From contig CAVNZM010000007.1 in NCBI GenBank assembly GCA_963693365.1, positions 5,887,962 through 5,951,961 on the forward strand: a stretch of 64,000 nucleotides of DNA. Direction: 5' to 3'. This DNA comes from Amoebidium appalachense. Its lineage: Eukaryota > Protista > Ichthyosporea. The notes beneath the pieces are model-generated. The model was not told the DNA's origin, did not search any database, and saw only the letters and a program-made list of their open reading frames with translations. Below are positions 39,347-50,446 of the stretch, piece after piece. Position 1 is the stretch's first letter. Each line of letters opens with the position of its first letter. The position numbers and the translations under genes were made by a program.

Positions 39347-41237
39347 TCATGTGTACAGTTGTTTACGGGGATCTACACCATAAGCTTGATACCTACGGAG
39401 ACACCTATGATAATAAATTAAATTCCTACGACTACGTTCACACTCCTCCTCGGTCTCCTCCCCTCCCTCCCCCTCCCCCCGTGTGTCTACGTGTATTTGC
39501 ACCACTCCCCCCCCGGCCCCCTCCCCCACCGACTTTTTCACACCACGGTTAAACTGAGGAATAACTCTCTTTGGCCGAGAGGGAGCACTAGGCAACTCCC
39601 TCTGCACTAATCTAGCCTCATAAGCACGAATAGAAAACGGGCAATCCAAATGAAACTCAGGCAACCACTGATCTTCCTGATAACCTCCCTCAAAACGAAT
39701 TAAATAATAATTTACCTTACCTTCCTTACCTTCGATAACCTTTTTATCCATAATTTTATCTACTGCAGCCTCCGATACATCCACCGACCCGTCATAGTCG
39801 GGGGTGAATGCATCTAACACTCGACGGCCCTCCGGCCGTTTAACCCTAAGGGCCCTATCATAATATTCCTTTATATCATCTACATTATAAAATCTAACAT
39901 CACTCTCATTATCTAACCTCTGCACCTTATATTCCGTCGGACCTAACCTAGCCACTATTTTATACGGACCGATAAAAAGAGGCAACCATTTCTTACCATA
40001 CTTACGAAGACCTTCACCTTCACCCTTACCTTCCTGCTCCTGCTTATATCTCTTTTTCCTAGTATGATCCCTAATTAAAACTAAAGTACCCTCGGCAAAT
40101 TCACGTAACGGACGTGTGGATACGTCTGTACGTGCCTGTGCCTGCTGTGTACGGGCCAGAGCTGCATCACGTGCAGCCCGGGCCCGGGTTAGTAGCTGCT
40201 CCCGGAACTCAGTCCAGTGGGGATAAGTTAGTCGGTCAGTCCTCCCCATCGGCAAAAGTGCCGTACTACATCTAACAAACTAATAGCCTCCTGCCCATAG
40301 ACCAAATAAAACGGAGAAAAACCAGTCACAGCATGAGGGGTAGAATTATACGAATGAGCAATAAACCTAGACATATGATCCCAATCATTAGCCTCCACAT
40401 CCACCATTTTGCCAAAGGACTTCTGAAACACTGCATGCACACGTTCAGAGATGGCATTTGCTTGAGGGTGATATGCAGACGTAGTGATATGAGCTACCCT
40501 TAAAATTTTACACACCTCCGACACCAACTGATTTAAAAACACACGACTCCTATCCGTTAACAAAACACGAGGACAACCAAACCTAAGACAAATTTCATCC
40601 ACAAAAATACGAGCAAACAAAACGGCATTAGCAGTGGGGAGAGGAAAAACTTCAACCCAACGAGTGGCCACATCGGTGACGGTAACAAGAACAGTGTTAC
40701 CCTCAACCGTAGAATTAAAAGGACCGACCACATCCACTGCTACCCTTTCAAACATACGAACATTAAAATCCCTAATAAACGACGGGCGGGAACGAGAGTG
40801 GGGACTCTCATTCCGTTCCTGACAATGCATGCATGACAACACATAATCCCTCACCTCCCTACTCATACCCGGCCAAAAATACGAACGATTAACACGAAGC
40901 AACGTCCTATTTACACCTAAATGACCAGCCATGGCCGGGGATGCTCATGCACCATATGCAAAACCTCAGGCACAAGTGCCGTCGGGACCCAAACTCGGTG
41001 TCCGTCTGGCCCAGAACAATGATAAACTAAATCCTGCTCTACCTGACACATTTTTGCTAACTTAGCTACCTTAATCATCTGCATTTTATTTTTAAATTTA
41101 ATCGAATCAACCGGCCCCTTTAAATAATTCTTAACCAGACCAATCAACACATCTTCCTCCTGAGCTAAGATCAAAGCCGTAGGTGCTAAGGCAGGGGCCG
41201 AGCCATGAGACGCGGTCCCGACCTCAGACACTGACAA
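39347..41237 (-). pseudogene. Integrase with GPY/F motif and C-terminal chromodomain, split by frameshifts
   Basis: HHCC (HEHP..GHLG...CMHCQ), DDE core (VAVDVVGP, LLTDRS, SERVH), FIGPYKI, chromodomain VDKIMDKK...YYLIRFEGGYQEDQWLPEFHLDC; in ORF pieces 40917-41237, 40228-40932, 39347-40255. Confidence 0.9.
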
Positions 41238-41327
41238 ATACCTCCCCCCCCTCTCCTACACTTATAAGCAAGCAACCCCGGAACCCAAGAAGACACATCC
41301 ACAGACACAGCATCTATTCCTTTCTGC

Positions 41328-44102
41328 TCACTCTCCCCCCCCTTCCCCCCTCCCCCCCCCGTCTCTCACTAGCCCCCCCTCCCCCTCCTTCTCTTCTTCA
41401 AACAAAATATAAGCAGCACGAGAGAGAGCATCACAGTCAACCATTGTTTCACCCTTGGCATAAAACAATTTATAGGAGAACTCACCGAGAGCCGCGGCCC
41501 ACTTCTGCATCCTCTCGTTGACCAGACGAGTGGTGCCGGCCATGGCTAGGCAGGGCTTGTGGTCGGTGTAGACCTCAAACGTCCTGCCTGCGAGTATATA
41601 CCTCCATGCCTGTGAGACTGCCCAAAAGATAGCATGGGACTCTCTCTCTGGATTGCTATATCTACGTTCACTTTTACTAAATGAACGACTAGCATAAGCA
41701 ATCACCCTATCCTGCCCCTCCTGCACTTGATATAACACGGCCCCTTCAGCAACCTTACTTGCATCACACCGAACTTTAAACATCCCCCCCCCGGCCGAAA
41801 AATCAGGATGAACAAGCATACTCGAAGACTGCAAAGCTAACTTAAGCTTTTCGAAAGCAGAAACAGCATCAACATTCCAATCTATTCTATTCTTCTTCTC
41901 CCCCCCCGTCTGACTAGTTAACGGCAAAGCAAGCATACTATAATCCTTAATATAACGACGAAGATAATTAGTTAAACCTAAAAATTGCCTTAGTTGAGTG
42001 ACAGTCTGAGGACGGGGCCACTCAACTATGGCCCGGATTTTCTCCGGATCAGGGGAAAGACCATTACTAGACACAATATGACCTAAAAACTTAACCTCCG
42101 GCACACCAATCACAGTCTTGCTACCGCTAATACGAAGACCAGACTCACCCAAAGCTAAAAATACTTTTTCACAATTATTAACTAGCTCCTCAAATGACCT
42201 ACCTTTAATTAAAACATCATCCAAATAAGGGTGGCATACATCCAAATGAGGGTGGAGAATTTTATACATTACCCGGCACAACATAGCTGGAGAGGAGAGC
42301 AAACCCATCGGCACCACCTTGTACTGGAACAGCTGGTCACCCAGTGCAAAGGCAGTCTTCTCCTTGCTGCTCTCCTCCAACCTTATCTGCCAAAAAGCTG
42401 CTTTTAAATCAAGTTTAGCAAAGTGAGTATAGCCGTGCAGCTGTGAAAGCTGCTCGTCTATGTTAGGGAGAGGCCATTGGTCTGCCTTAGTGATCCGATT
42501 CAGAGCCCTGTAATCGTTCACTAGACGCCAAGACCCGTCGGGCTTCTTAACCAATAGCACCGGACTTCTCCACGGACTCGAACTATGCTCCACATGACCC
42601 TTTTTTAACATATCACTCACTATTATTAGCGCATCCGACAATTTATACTGCTCCATTCTATAGCTAGGCATCACTACCGGCCTATTATCACCTGTGTCGA
42701 TCTGCATTTCAAACCCTTTAACGAAGCCTACTTCGTTATCATCGGCCTGAAATGCAAACCGAGTCCTATCAAATAACTTAGCTAGCAATTTTTTCTGTTC
42801 TACCGTCCAATCCCCCTCCTTCATACCAAACGGCAATACTAACTCCGGGTTACCCCCATCACAAGTGGATGCATCCTTATTCACCGGAGTGCCACTTAAC
42901 ATTTCACCTCCTGTATTACATCGGTGCTGCTCGGGGTGAGGTTGAGGTACCTCCGGATATAGGCGGTCACCCTTAGCACCCCCCCCTCCCCCCGGCATAC
43001 CAATGCCCCCGGGCAATTCCTGATGAGTTAGTGCATGTATGTGGGGGGCCAGGTCTGTGGCCACCCTGCCCCCCACGGTGTTGGTTAACCCGTCAGATCC
43101 ACGGGTTAGACCAACACCCTCCCCCCTTGCCTGCACATTCTCACACCCGGGGTGACCCTCCTTCCTCTTGGGGGTCGGGGGAGTGGGACCGGTGCTGTCC
43201 CGGTCCCCCCCCCCATCGTGTCGGGTGACATTTTGGTGGCTAACGTTAAATAAAGTTGTTCCCCCTCCTCCTGAGTCACCCTTCGAGCCGGCATCCTCCT
43301 TTTGGGTAATAAGAGAGACCTCTATACTACCAATCTCATTAGTGAAACTACCGACGGAAACACCTGACCTAATCACTATAGGCTCGATGCCCGGATTCAC
43401 TAATTCTATTTCTATTGTCTTATCCGGCCATACCCTACTAAGGGTCCATTGGGCCACCTCCTGAAATGGGGTTTTCGGAGTAAAAACCCCTAAATCCCCT
43501 ATCCTAACATGATTGCCGGCCCGGACACGTACCGTTTGGCACTGATAAGGCTCGATTACTACTTCAGCTACCGTTCTAGCACCAGACTGATAACCGTCGA
43601 GCCCCTCATGGGTTTTAATTTTAACGCCGGACTGCAATTCTAAAACATTCGTACGTTCAAACAAAGCATTCACATGTCTACGGAAAAATGGGGCTCCCAA
43701 CAAAACACTTTGAGCTAAATCCTTAACCACATAACAAGCAACATGCATAGCCTGGCCACCTATCTCACACGGCAACACACAAACACCTTCCACAGACATA
43801 CTACTATTATTAGCACTACCTAAGGCTGTGCTAGAAGCATCTAAAATAGGAATTTCCCCCCCGGCCTGATTAAAACGACGAATAAACAAAGCATGCACAC
43901 AATTAACCTGAGCTCCTCCATCGAGCAAAGCAACAGCCTTCAACTTACCATCAGCTAACCATACGTCTATATAATGCCGGCTAAAACCAACTAAATCCTC
44001 CTCCAATTCAAGCAACACATCATCACTCACACCCAATCCCTGCCCACGAAGACTCACACCCTCGATACCTACGTGCAACATACCTACCTGTGGTGCCTGC
44101 AC
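41328..44102 (-). CDS. pol: Retrotransposon Pol: aspartic protease, reverse transcriptase, RNase H
   Basis: LLDGGAQ protease; SPWRSPVLLVKKPDGSWRLVNDYRALN, LDLKAAFWQ, YLDD RT motifs; CDAS, ERES, YTDHK RNase H. Confidence 0.95.
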   Translation of the reverse strand: MQAPQVGMLHVGIEGVSLRGQGLGVSDDVLLELEEDLVGFSRHYIDVWLADGKLKAVALLDGGAQVNCVHALFIRRFNQAGGEIPILDASSTALGSANNSSMSVEGVCVLPCEIGGQAMHVACYVVKDLAQSVLLGAPFFRRHVNALFERTNVLELQSGVKIKTHEGLDGYQSGARTVAEVVIEPYQCQTVRVRAGNHVRIGDLGVFTPKTPFQEVAQWTLSRVWPDKTIEIELVNPGIEPIVIRSGVSVGSFTNEIGSIEVSLITQKEDAGSKGDSGGGGTTLFNVSHQNVTRHDGGGDRDSTGPTPPTPKRKEGHPGCENVQARGEGVGLTRGSDGLTNTVGGRVATDLAPHIHALTHQELPGGIGMPGGGGGAKGDRLYPEVPQPHPEQHRCNTGGEMLSGTPVNKDASTCDGGNPELVLPFGMKEGDWTVEQKKLLAKLFDRTRFAFQADDNEVGFVKGFEMQIDTGDNRPVVMPSYRMEQYKLSDALIIVSDMLKKGHVEHSSSPWRSPVLLVKKPDGSWRLVNDYRALNRITKADQWPLPNIDEQLSQLHGYTHFAKLDLKAAFWQIRLEESSKEKTAFALGDQLFQYKVVPMGLLSSPAMLCRVMYKILHPHLDVCHPYLDDVLIKGRSFEELVNNCEKVFLALGESGLRISGSKTVIGVPEVKFLGHIVSSNGLSPDPEKIRAIVEWPRPQTVTQLRQFLGLTNYLRRYIKDYSMLALPLTSQTGGEKKNRIDWNVDAVSAFEKLKLALQSSSMLVHPDFSAGGGMFKVRCDASKVAEGAVLYQVQEGQDRVIAYASRSFSKSERRYSNPERESHAIFWAVSQAWRYILAGRTFEVYTDHKPCLAMAGTTRLVNERMQKWAAALGEFSYKLFYAKGETMVDCDALSRAAYILFEEEKEGEGGLVRDGGGRGEGGGE

Positions 44103-44671
44103 GGGTGGGGTGGGGTGTGTATGTGGTGTGGGTGGTGGTGGAGTGTGTGTGTGTGATGTGTGGGTGGGTGGTGTGTGTGTGTTTGGTGTATGTGTGGGTG
44201 TGTGTGTGGGTGTAGGTGTGTCTGCAACCGTCGTATGTTGTTGTGGTGGTGTGTTTCTACGTGTCTGTGCCTTCCCCCCCCTTCCCCCTGTACTCGTGTG
44301 TGTCCCCCCCCCCTCCCGGGAACAAAGGCACAGAAACCCCCTCCGGTGTGGTTAGAACAAACACCGGGTTGGGACAAGAAACACTGAGACCATCCACTTG
44401 TGGCTGGGGAACCTCCCCCAACCACAAAACATTCACACCATTCATACCTTTGGTAGAGTCACCCCACAAACATTCATGCCATACGTGGCACCTCGACGCT
44501 GTCTTGAGGACCCACGACGATGCCCGGCTCCCACACGTATCGGGGAGGTGAGGGGGCAAAGGGAAGCTTAACCTGGGGTGGGGGAGGGTGAAGGTTCTCT
44601 GCAACCTGGGGGGGACCGATACTGTCCCCCCCCCCTCCCTCAGTGACCCCAGCTTCCCCCTCCCCCGGAAC

Positions 44672-45985
44672 TCAATAGCTCTTGTAACTACGGCAATATG
44701 CAGCAGAGTGCCCTTGCCGGCCACAAAAGTAACATGCACCAAAGAAGGGGCCAGGGGGGACTTCAAAACCTTGGCGCAAAGCATAACCGGGAGCCCGGTC
44801 ATGCTGGGGGGGCCCACCGTGTGCACCACGGCCCCCCCTTCCCCCCTGCCCCCCTCGGCCTCTCTCACCACCATTTCCACCCCTCCCTCTACCCTGCCCA
44901 GCACCACGAGCAAGATAAGGGGCAAACCTCTCGGTGAACTGCTGCTGCTGTCCTCCACGTCCACCTCGGCCACGACCGCCGTGTCCACCCCGGTCGCCGC
45001 CACGGCCACCCCGGAAGCCGAAGCCCCCTCGGCCAGAAAAGACGGCCTGGGAGAGCTCGGCAACCTGCTTGACCAACATGGTGAGTGCATCTGGCTGTTC
45101 ACCCTCTTTTTTCTCTTTTTCCCCCTTCTGTCCACTCTCCTTCTTTTTCTTGTCTACTTCCATCACCTCCTTTTTATCCCTCTTATTGAACTTCACCTCG
45201 TGCATGGCAAGCAAGTGACGTTTAACATGCAACACCACCTCATCTACATCATCATGCTCCCCAAACATGCGTGCAGTGTCGGTGTTTACAGAGAGAGCCT
45301 TACGAGCAAACTCGAATTTTTCCCTATCACTCACGTCACCTGCTAACTCACAAAGGTCTTCAAAGACCCGATACTCCCTCTCAAAGAATGCACGAGCTTC
45401 TACGGGGGACATATCTAAAGTGGGAAAGGTATACTTCCATTCTCTGAGCTGGGCCCGGAAGGTACGGCGCCGGTCGGCCGTCAGGTATCGGCCGACGAGC
45501 CGGGCCGTATACTCGAGCTCGTTTTCCGGCCGTGTGAAGGCCTCGAGCTCCCCGTCCACGTCGTCGGTGCTGTTCTCGTCCTCGTCGTCGGGGATGAACC
45601 GTGCGGCCAGACGTTTCTGGCCGAGTGTCCGGGACACCATCTCGTCTCTCCCCTCGTCGTACTGCTGCTCGTATATACGAGCCGTCACCTGGGGGGCCTG
45701 CTCGGACCGGTACGGGTGCTCCTCCATCAGGGTGCATAAGTCGGCCATTGTTTTGTGGTCGATGCACTGTTTGATCATTAAGCACGAGGCCGCCACAGTG
45801 GGGGCCTTCTTTGTGTCTAACACTAGTGTGGGTGTGTTAGCTAGGAGTGTCCTTAGCCACCTAGGTATTTCCGAGTCGTGTTTGAGTGTAAAACTGAAAG
45901 CTGTGGTCTGTCTAACGTCTAGTGTATGAACCTGTGGGACCTGTGTGTGCAGGGAGCTATCCTCCGCTGCCAATGCGTAGAACAT
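44672..45985 (-). CDS. gag: Retrotransposon Gag with RGG-rich region and CCHC zinc knuckle
   Basis: 437-aa ORF after the 5' LTR ending CYFCGRQGHSAAYC. Confidence 0.9.
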   Translation of the reverse strand: MFYALAAEDSSLHTQVPQVHTLDVRQTTAFSFTLKHDSEIPRWLRTLLANTPTLVLDTKKAPTVAASCLMIKQCIDHKTMADLCTLMEEHPYRSEQAPQVTARIYEQQYDEGRDEMVSRTLGQKRLAARFIPDDEDENSTDDVDGELEAFTRPENELEYTARLVGRYLTADRRRTFRAQLREWKYTFPTLDMSPVEARAFFEREYRVFEDLCELAGDVSDREKFEFARKALSVNTDTARMFGEHDDVDEVVLHVKRHLLAMHEVKFNKRDKKEVMEVDKKKKESGQKGEKEKKEGEQPDALTMLVKQVAELSQAVFSGRGGFGFRGGRGGDRGGHGGRGRGGRGGQQQQFTERFAPYLARGAGQGRGRGGNGGERGRGGQGGRGGRGAHGGPPQHDRAPGYALRQGFEVPPGPFFGACYFCGRQGHSAAYCRSYKSY

Positions 45986-46045
45986 GTCTACGTTAAACTT
46001 TAGCCATTGTGTGGTGTGTGCCCGAACTCGTGTGGTTGTGTTTAT

Positions 46046-46076
<31 letters not shown>

Positions 46077-46165
46077 CTGTGTGTTTGAGGTGTAGCAACA
46101 GCCCAGAAGGAACTGTCACCGCGTTACCCTAGCGCGAAAAACCGCACTAAAAGAAAGGTGTAGCT

Positions 46166-46881
46166 TGTCGTATCCTAATATATGTGTACTAGAGACGCGG
46201 CACTCTACTAAGTGTACACACACGAAAAGGAACGAACGTGTATAGAAAAACGGTAAAGTTTATTAAGACCAGGCTCCGACGGGCAAACTTAGATCCGTAC
46301 GGATTGAGTCTAAGTTACGACTGAGGCCATCAAGGCCGTGCCCTACAAGATCATCATCACCTGGCCCCCTACGATGCCACATTCCATTAACATTCCGATC
46401 TACTTTTATCGTGCGCCTGCACGAGCTAAGTCGATCTACTCAACTAATATATTTATCCAAGTCTCACCCCTCACCCTTCCCCTAGTGGCACCGCAGAGTC
46501 TAATTCTACATTTCATACTATCTCCCTCCCCCCTCCCTCCCCCCTTTCCTCTGTCATCGAAATATATAAATACGTTTGGCAGCATACACTATCAGAACTT
46601 GCCAATATTTACAAAAGGGCTTCTGCCCGAACAATCACATTCCTAAGTCCTCCTACGATCTATCCTACACACTAATTAGAATTCTATTGGTCGGCTGTCC
46701 CAGCTGACGTGGTCCTGCCCTGCGCCGGCAGAGGCAAGATGATGCACGCAGCTGCACAGCTATCTTGAGGCCCCGGACTTGATCTTGATGATCTGTGGAC
46801 CCGGGCCACCCCCCCCCCCCCCCCCCCCCGATCTCGATCGTAGACTTAGGCTAATCTGCTGAGACGGATTAGTATATGTCA
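46166..46881 (-). repeat. 5' LTR of the chromovirus (716 bp)
   Basis: Direct repeat of 34880-35594. Confidence 0.95.
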
Positions 46882-46886
46882 TATTG

Positions 46887-48170
46887 CACCCTCCCCTCCT
46901 CCCACCACGAGGACCCGACTAATTTTATGGCCACCTGCCCAGCCCGCAACGGTTACCGGAACTGTACGTCGTGCGGGCAAAAGGGGCACCCCAGTATACG
47001 ATGCCCAAATCCCCCAATGTGGGCACGGGGGGGCATAGTGCTAGTAGGACTAACCAGTCTAACCCCCCCTGCCGGGTCCCCAGTAACCGGCTGGAAGCAG
47101 CTACTGTAACAGGCAGTACGGGCCGTCCGTCAGGCCCTCCAGACTGAGTACACCGGCCTCGGGCCCCCGGGGGAGGGCACCACCCACCAAGGCATGGCAA
47201 GCTATCCCCCCACTGTGACAGTTTTTGCCTGCGCATGCCGCATCACCCGGTCCGGGCACCAGGTCATCACCCTGCAACACATCCCCGTCAGTCACTAAGA
47301 CTACTCTACCCTCCAGGAGACCTTCGGTGGCTTCCTCTCAACATTCAACACCGGGGCCCCAGGCCATCGCGACTACCGAGTCCGTATCCGTCTGTCCTCC
47401 TGGGACAAGAGGGACCCGGTGATCCTCCTCGATGCACAACAAACCTGAGCCTCGGGGCAACGCGCCCCCCCTCTCCACCGCCCCACCACAAGCACCGACT
47501 GACCGCCTCAGCAGCTACCCCCAAGCCCCTGTTCCGGCCCCCCATCGGACGGCTCGGTGGGGGGGAGCTCAGCCCAACTCATCATGGGCCCCGGCCCGGG
47601 GGCCCACGTACCTGGGGGAGGGGAGCTGACGGGCCGGCCCAACACGGGCTCTGATGCAAATGTCGAAGACCTGGCGGACAGAGTCCGTCGACTCGAACTA
47701 ACACTGGACCTGGCAGCAGGGGACCGCGCTCACCAGTGTGCACTGGCAGCAGCAGGTACAGCACACGGAGGCCAAAGTGGACCTTTTTGAATCCAACCTC
47801 ACCACCCTGTTTGCCAACCTAACCGACTCCCTCTCGGACCGGGTTGACAAGGCAGTGACCAAGGCCCTGGGCAGGCCCAAGAGGAACATTGAGGGGCCGG
47901 GGGCGCCCTCCCTCCTCCGACAGGACCCAACGGGAGTGAGGACACCCCGGTACTCGGCCCACACGGGGGACGACATCCCAACCCCAAAGGGGCACAAACG
48001 CCGAGCACCCGCCAGGCTCCCAGGGCCTTCCTCCAGGCCACAAAACCCGCCAAAAAACGGCCAGAGCACGGCAACAACACCCCCACTGCCCAGGGGGGCT
48101 CCGTTGGCTCCACCCAGGGTACAGACCAAGGCCCCCGCCCCCCCATTAAAGGGGGTTGGCATGCCTAATG

Positions 48171-48204
<34 letters not shown>

Positions 48205-48586
48205 CCGACCGGCACCGGAGGCTGCGGGGTTTTCAACCGTCTGCAGCACCACCACGCACCAAGGTTCGAAGCCCGGAGCCAGCGGCCACCAACAATGTCA
48301 TGAGTCCCAACACAGCCCTGGCCTCCCTCGAGGGGGAGTTAGTTTTTAGGGATGATCGACGTACGATCGGCCAAACCACCAGTCACGACACCAGCGTTTC
48401 GGCACAACTAATTTAGCCGGGCCCACCAAACGAACGGGCCTCGATAAAGTGGTTGAAGCAGCCCGATGGGCGGCTGCAGCCGACCTGGACGTCGTTATTT
48501 TAACTGAGACGGGCACCACACCCGACTCCATCAAACGCACGAAACTGATTTTGAGGCAAGAGAGAATCGGCATGAACGTCACGTAG
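46887..48586 (+). pseudogene. Decayed LINE: rest of ORF1 and the N-terminus of the ORF2 apurinic endonuclease
   Basis: Removing the LTR element restores DTCIYCTL..H; then CTSCGQKGHPSIRC and a coiled-coil-like segment. 48389-48586 reads RFGTTNLAG...DLDVVILTET (APE motifs I and II). No RT follows. Confidence 0.75.
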
Positions 48587-48837
48587 CCCACCGGCAGGGC
48601 GCCGGACACCCACATACACACACGTGCTGCCTCAGAGGCCGGTAGTCCGGACCGGGTGGCAGCACGTGAGTGACACACCAGACACCCACACAAACACCAC
48701 CGGGGGCGCCCCCCAGCCCGGCTGTTATTCTGGGGGGTTTAGGGCCATAAAATTGCCCATGAAAGTCCGAAAATTAACCCTCACTTTTCGAGGTTAGGGT
48801 CATCAACTTTTCCAAAATTGGCCCTAACTTAAGCCAA

Positions 48838-48842
<5 letters not shown>

Positions 48843-48910
<68 letters not shown>

Positions 48911-49438
48911 GTTTCACTCCCGGCGAGGCACTGCCTCAGGGGAGCTTACCGTCTTCAGCCTAGACACAGCTGCTACACTCATAAGTCAGGATTCTAATTG
49001 TCCCCAACTGGCACTATTTTTAGTTACGCTAGCCGCAGCAACGCTACAATAGTGGGGAAGTGAGCACAGCTCACTTTAACAACACCAGCCGGGAGCGACC
49101 CGGGACACATACACAAACATAAAGACTTGAAAGGGGAAGACCCCATGCCCAGGACGCGGACCCGAACCATGGCCGGTGACTCGGATTGGTCTCCCACTTG
49201 AACGTTGGGCTGGCCAAGCGGCGCGCCGTCGAAGTCAGAGGGCCGGTGCTGCTCATGACGTCATGTCTTGCGGCCGGATGATAACAAATTGGTGGTGCTG
49301 CTTGACATGGTCTGGGGTGATGGCTTCTAGGGGGCGGCCAGACCGGCGAGGCAGAAAAATCGGAAGTAACCAGGATCGATCCTGCGACCTTGAGCTTGAC
49401 ACGCAGAGATCTTACCATTGCACCAACCCGCCCCCCTT
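48843..49438 (-). mobile_element. tRNA-derived SINE with (TA)n tail
   Basis: Head with A box TGGTGCAATGG (49425-49415) and B-like box GGATCGATCC (49382-49373); 3' stem-loop; (TA)n tail 48845-48907; TSD AGCCAAATATA at 48832-48842 and 49439-49449. Confidence 0.8.
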
Positions 49439-50446
49439 AGCCAAATATATACGAAAATGATATTAAAAAACCGGTTGTTGGCTCTGTTGGGCTAAGGGCC
49501 ATCCAGGCTGGTGGGAAGCCTTCGAATTCCAAAATGGCACCAGCCAAAAACAAATTTCACACCCTGGAACCTGTTCTGATGCCTCTTCAAGAATTGGCAT
49601 AAAGTCACGATAGCAAAGCGGCATGTGCCTAGGAGTGTTGTGGTTGGTGTAAGTTTGTTGTGGTAAATGGTGATTGGATTATTTTGCACTCGTGGAGATC
49701 TAGCATTAGCTAATCAGATCACAGTCGTCATTTCAATGAATATTATTGGCTGTATGCATTGGACCATCTGAAAAATATTTCAAGCATGTCAGTAAATTTT
49801 GAGTACTATCCTGTGCTGTCGAATCAGAATCGTCAACCCAATGGCTGCTAGCGCCGGTCCGTACTCGACAAAACTTTCACGCTTGGCATTGGCAACTCGT
49901 TGAAATATTAGAAGAACAAAACCTTGTATGCAAGTAAATAGTAATGGAAATAGTAGGTATATTTCCAACTCTTATAAATACGCACGTATGCTATTTCAAG
50001 ATTTCGCTCTTTTGGGCTGAACCGTCTGTAGACTCCGTCACGCCGCTCACGCGCTCCAGCAACGCATGCCTGTGATTCCGGAGTCCAGACTAACCAAATT
50101 TGATCCGGCACCCTCACCGTGGCACACACAATCGGTCACGCACAGTATCCGTGGCACTGTCTTACAGACCGGGTACAACCGTAGGGATATACTGCTGCAT
50201 TTCGTTGCTTTCTTAAGGTTTTTGGCACCACCCTCCGCTACCAATAGCTCCATCTACCTGCTGGCCTCCAGAGCTAGCTGAAACATGTAATCCAGTAATC
50301 GGGCAGCTCCAACTCAATCTTACCTGGTTCAAACTTTCACCTGTTGAGTCATTTTTCTGTGCTAAGCGTGGGCGTATATTAGGTTTTTCTTCAGGTAAAA
50401 CTTTCCTGTGGTGACACCACAACCCGTAGGAAGGGGCATCTTCAAC

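Larger units (their letters stand above)
35737..39370 (-). mobile_element. Nested non-autonomous LTR retroelement (LARD/TRIM-like, 3.6 kb)
   Basis: 480-bp direct repeats 35737-36216 and 38888-39367 with TGTAAACA/TGTTTACA inverted ends; PBS TGGCGACCGCGGCAGGAC next to the right LTR; PPT GGGGGGGAG next to the left LTR; ATCTAC on both flanks (35731-36, 39371-76); no long ORF. Confidence 0.92.
34880..46881 (-). mobile_element. Full-length Ty3/gypsy chromovirus-type LTR retrotransposon
   Basis: LTRs 34880-35594 and 46166-46881 (TG...CA); 5-bp TSD TATTG at 34875-34879 and 46882-46886; G-rich PPT beside the left LTR; gag-PR-RT-RH-IN-chromodomain order. Confidence 0.97.

Noticed and set aside
48905-48962. 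CTGAAGA...GAAAC resembling a hammerhead ribozyme core (minus strand)
   Set aside because: Six unpaired nt separate CUGANGA from the stem, and no stem I/III with an NUH site is evident. Better read as the SINE 3' stem-loop.
49361-49436. Functional tRNA gene
   Set aside because: Acceptor and anticodon stems do not pair properly; it is the SINE head.
48713-49511. DNA transposon with TTAGGG-like subterminal motifs truncating the LINE, or telomeric repeats
   Set aside because: Only an 8-9 bp imperfect inverted end, no TSD, and the motifs are isolated rather than arrayed.
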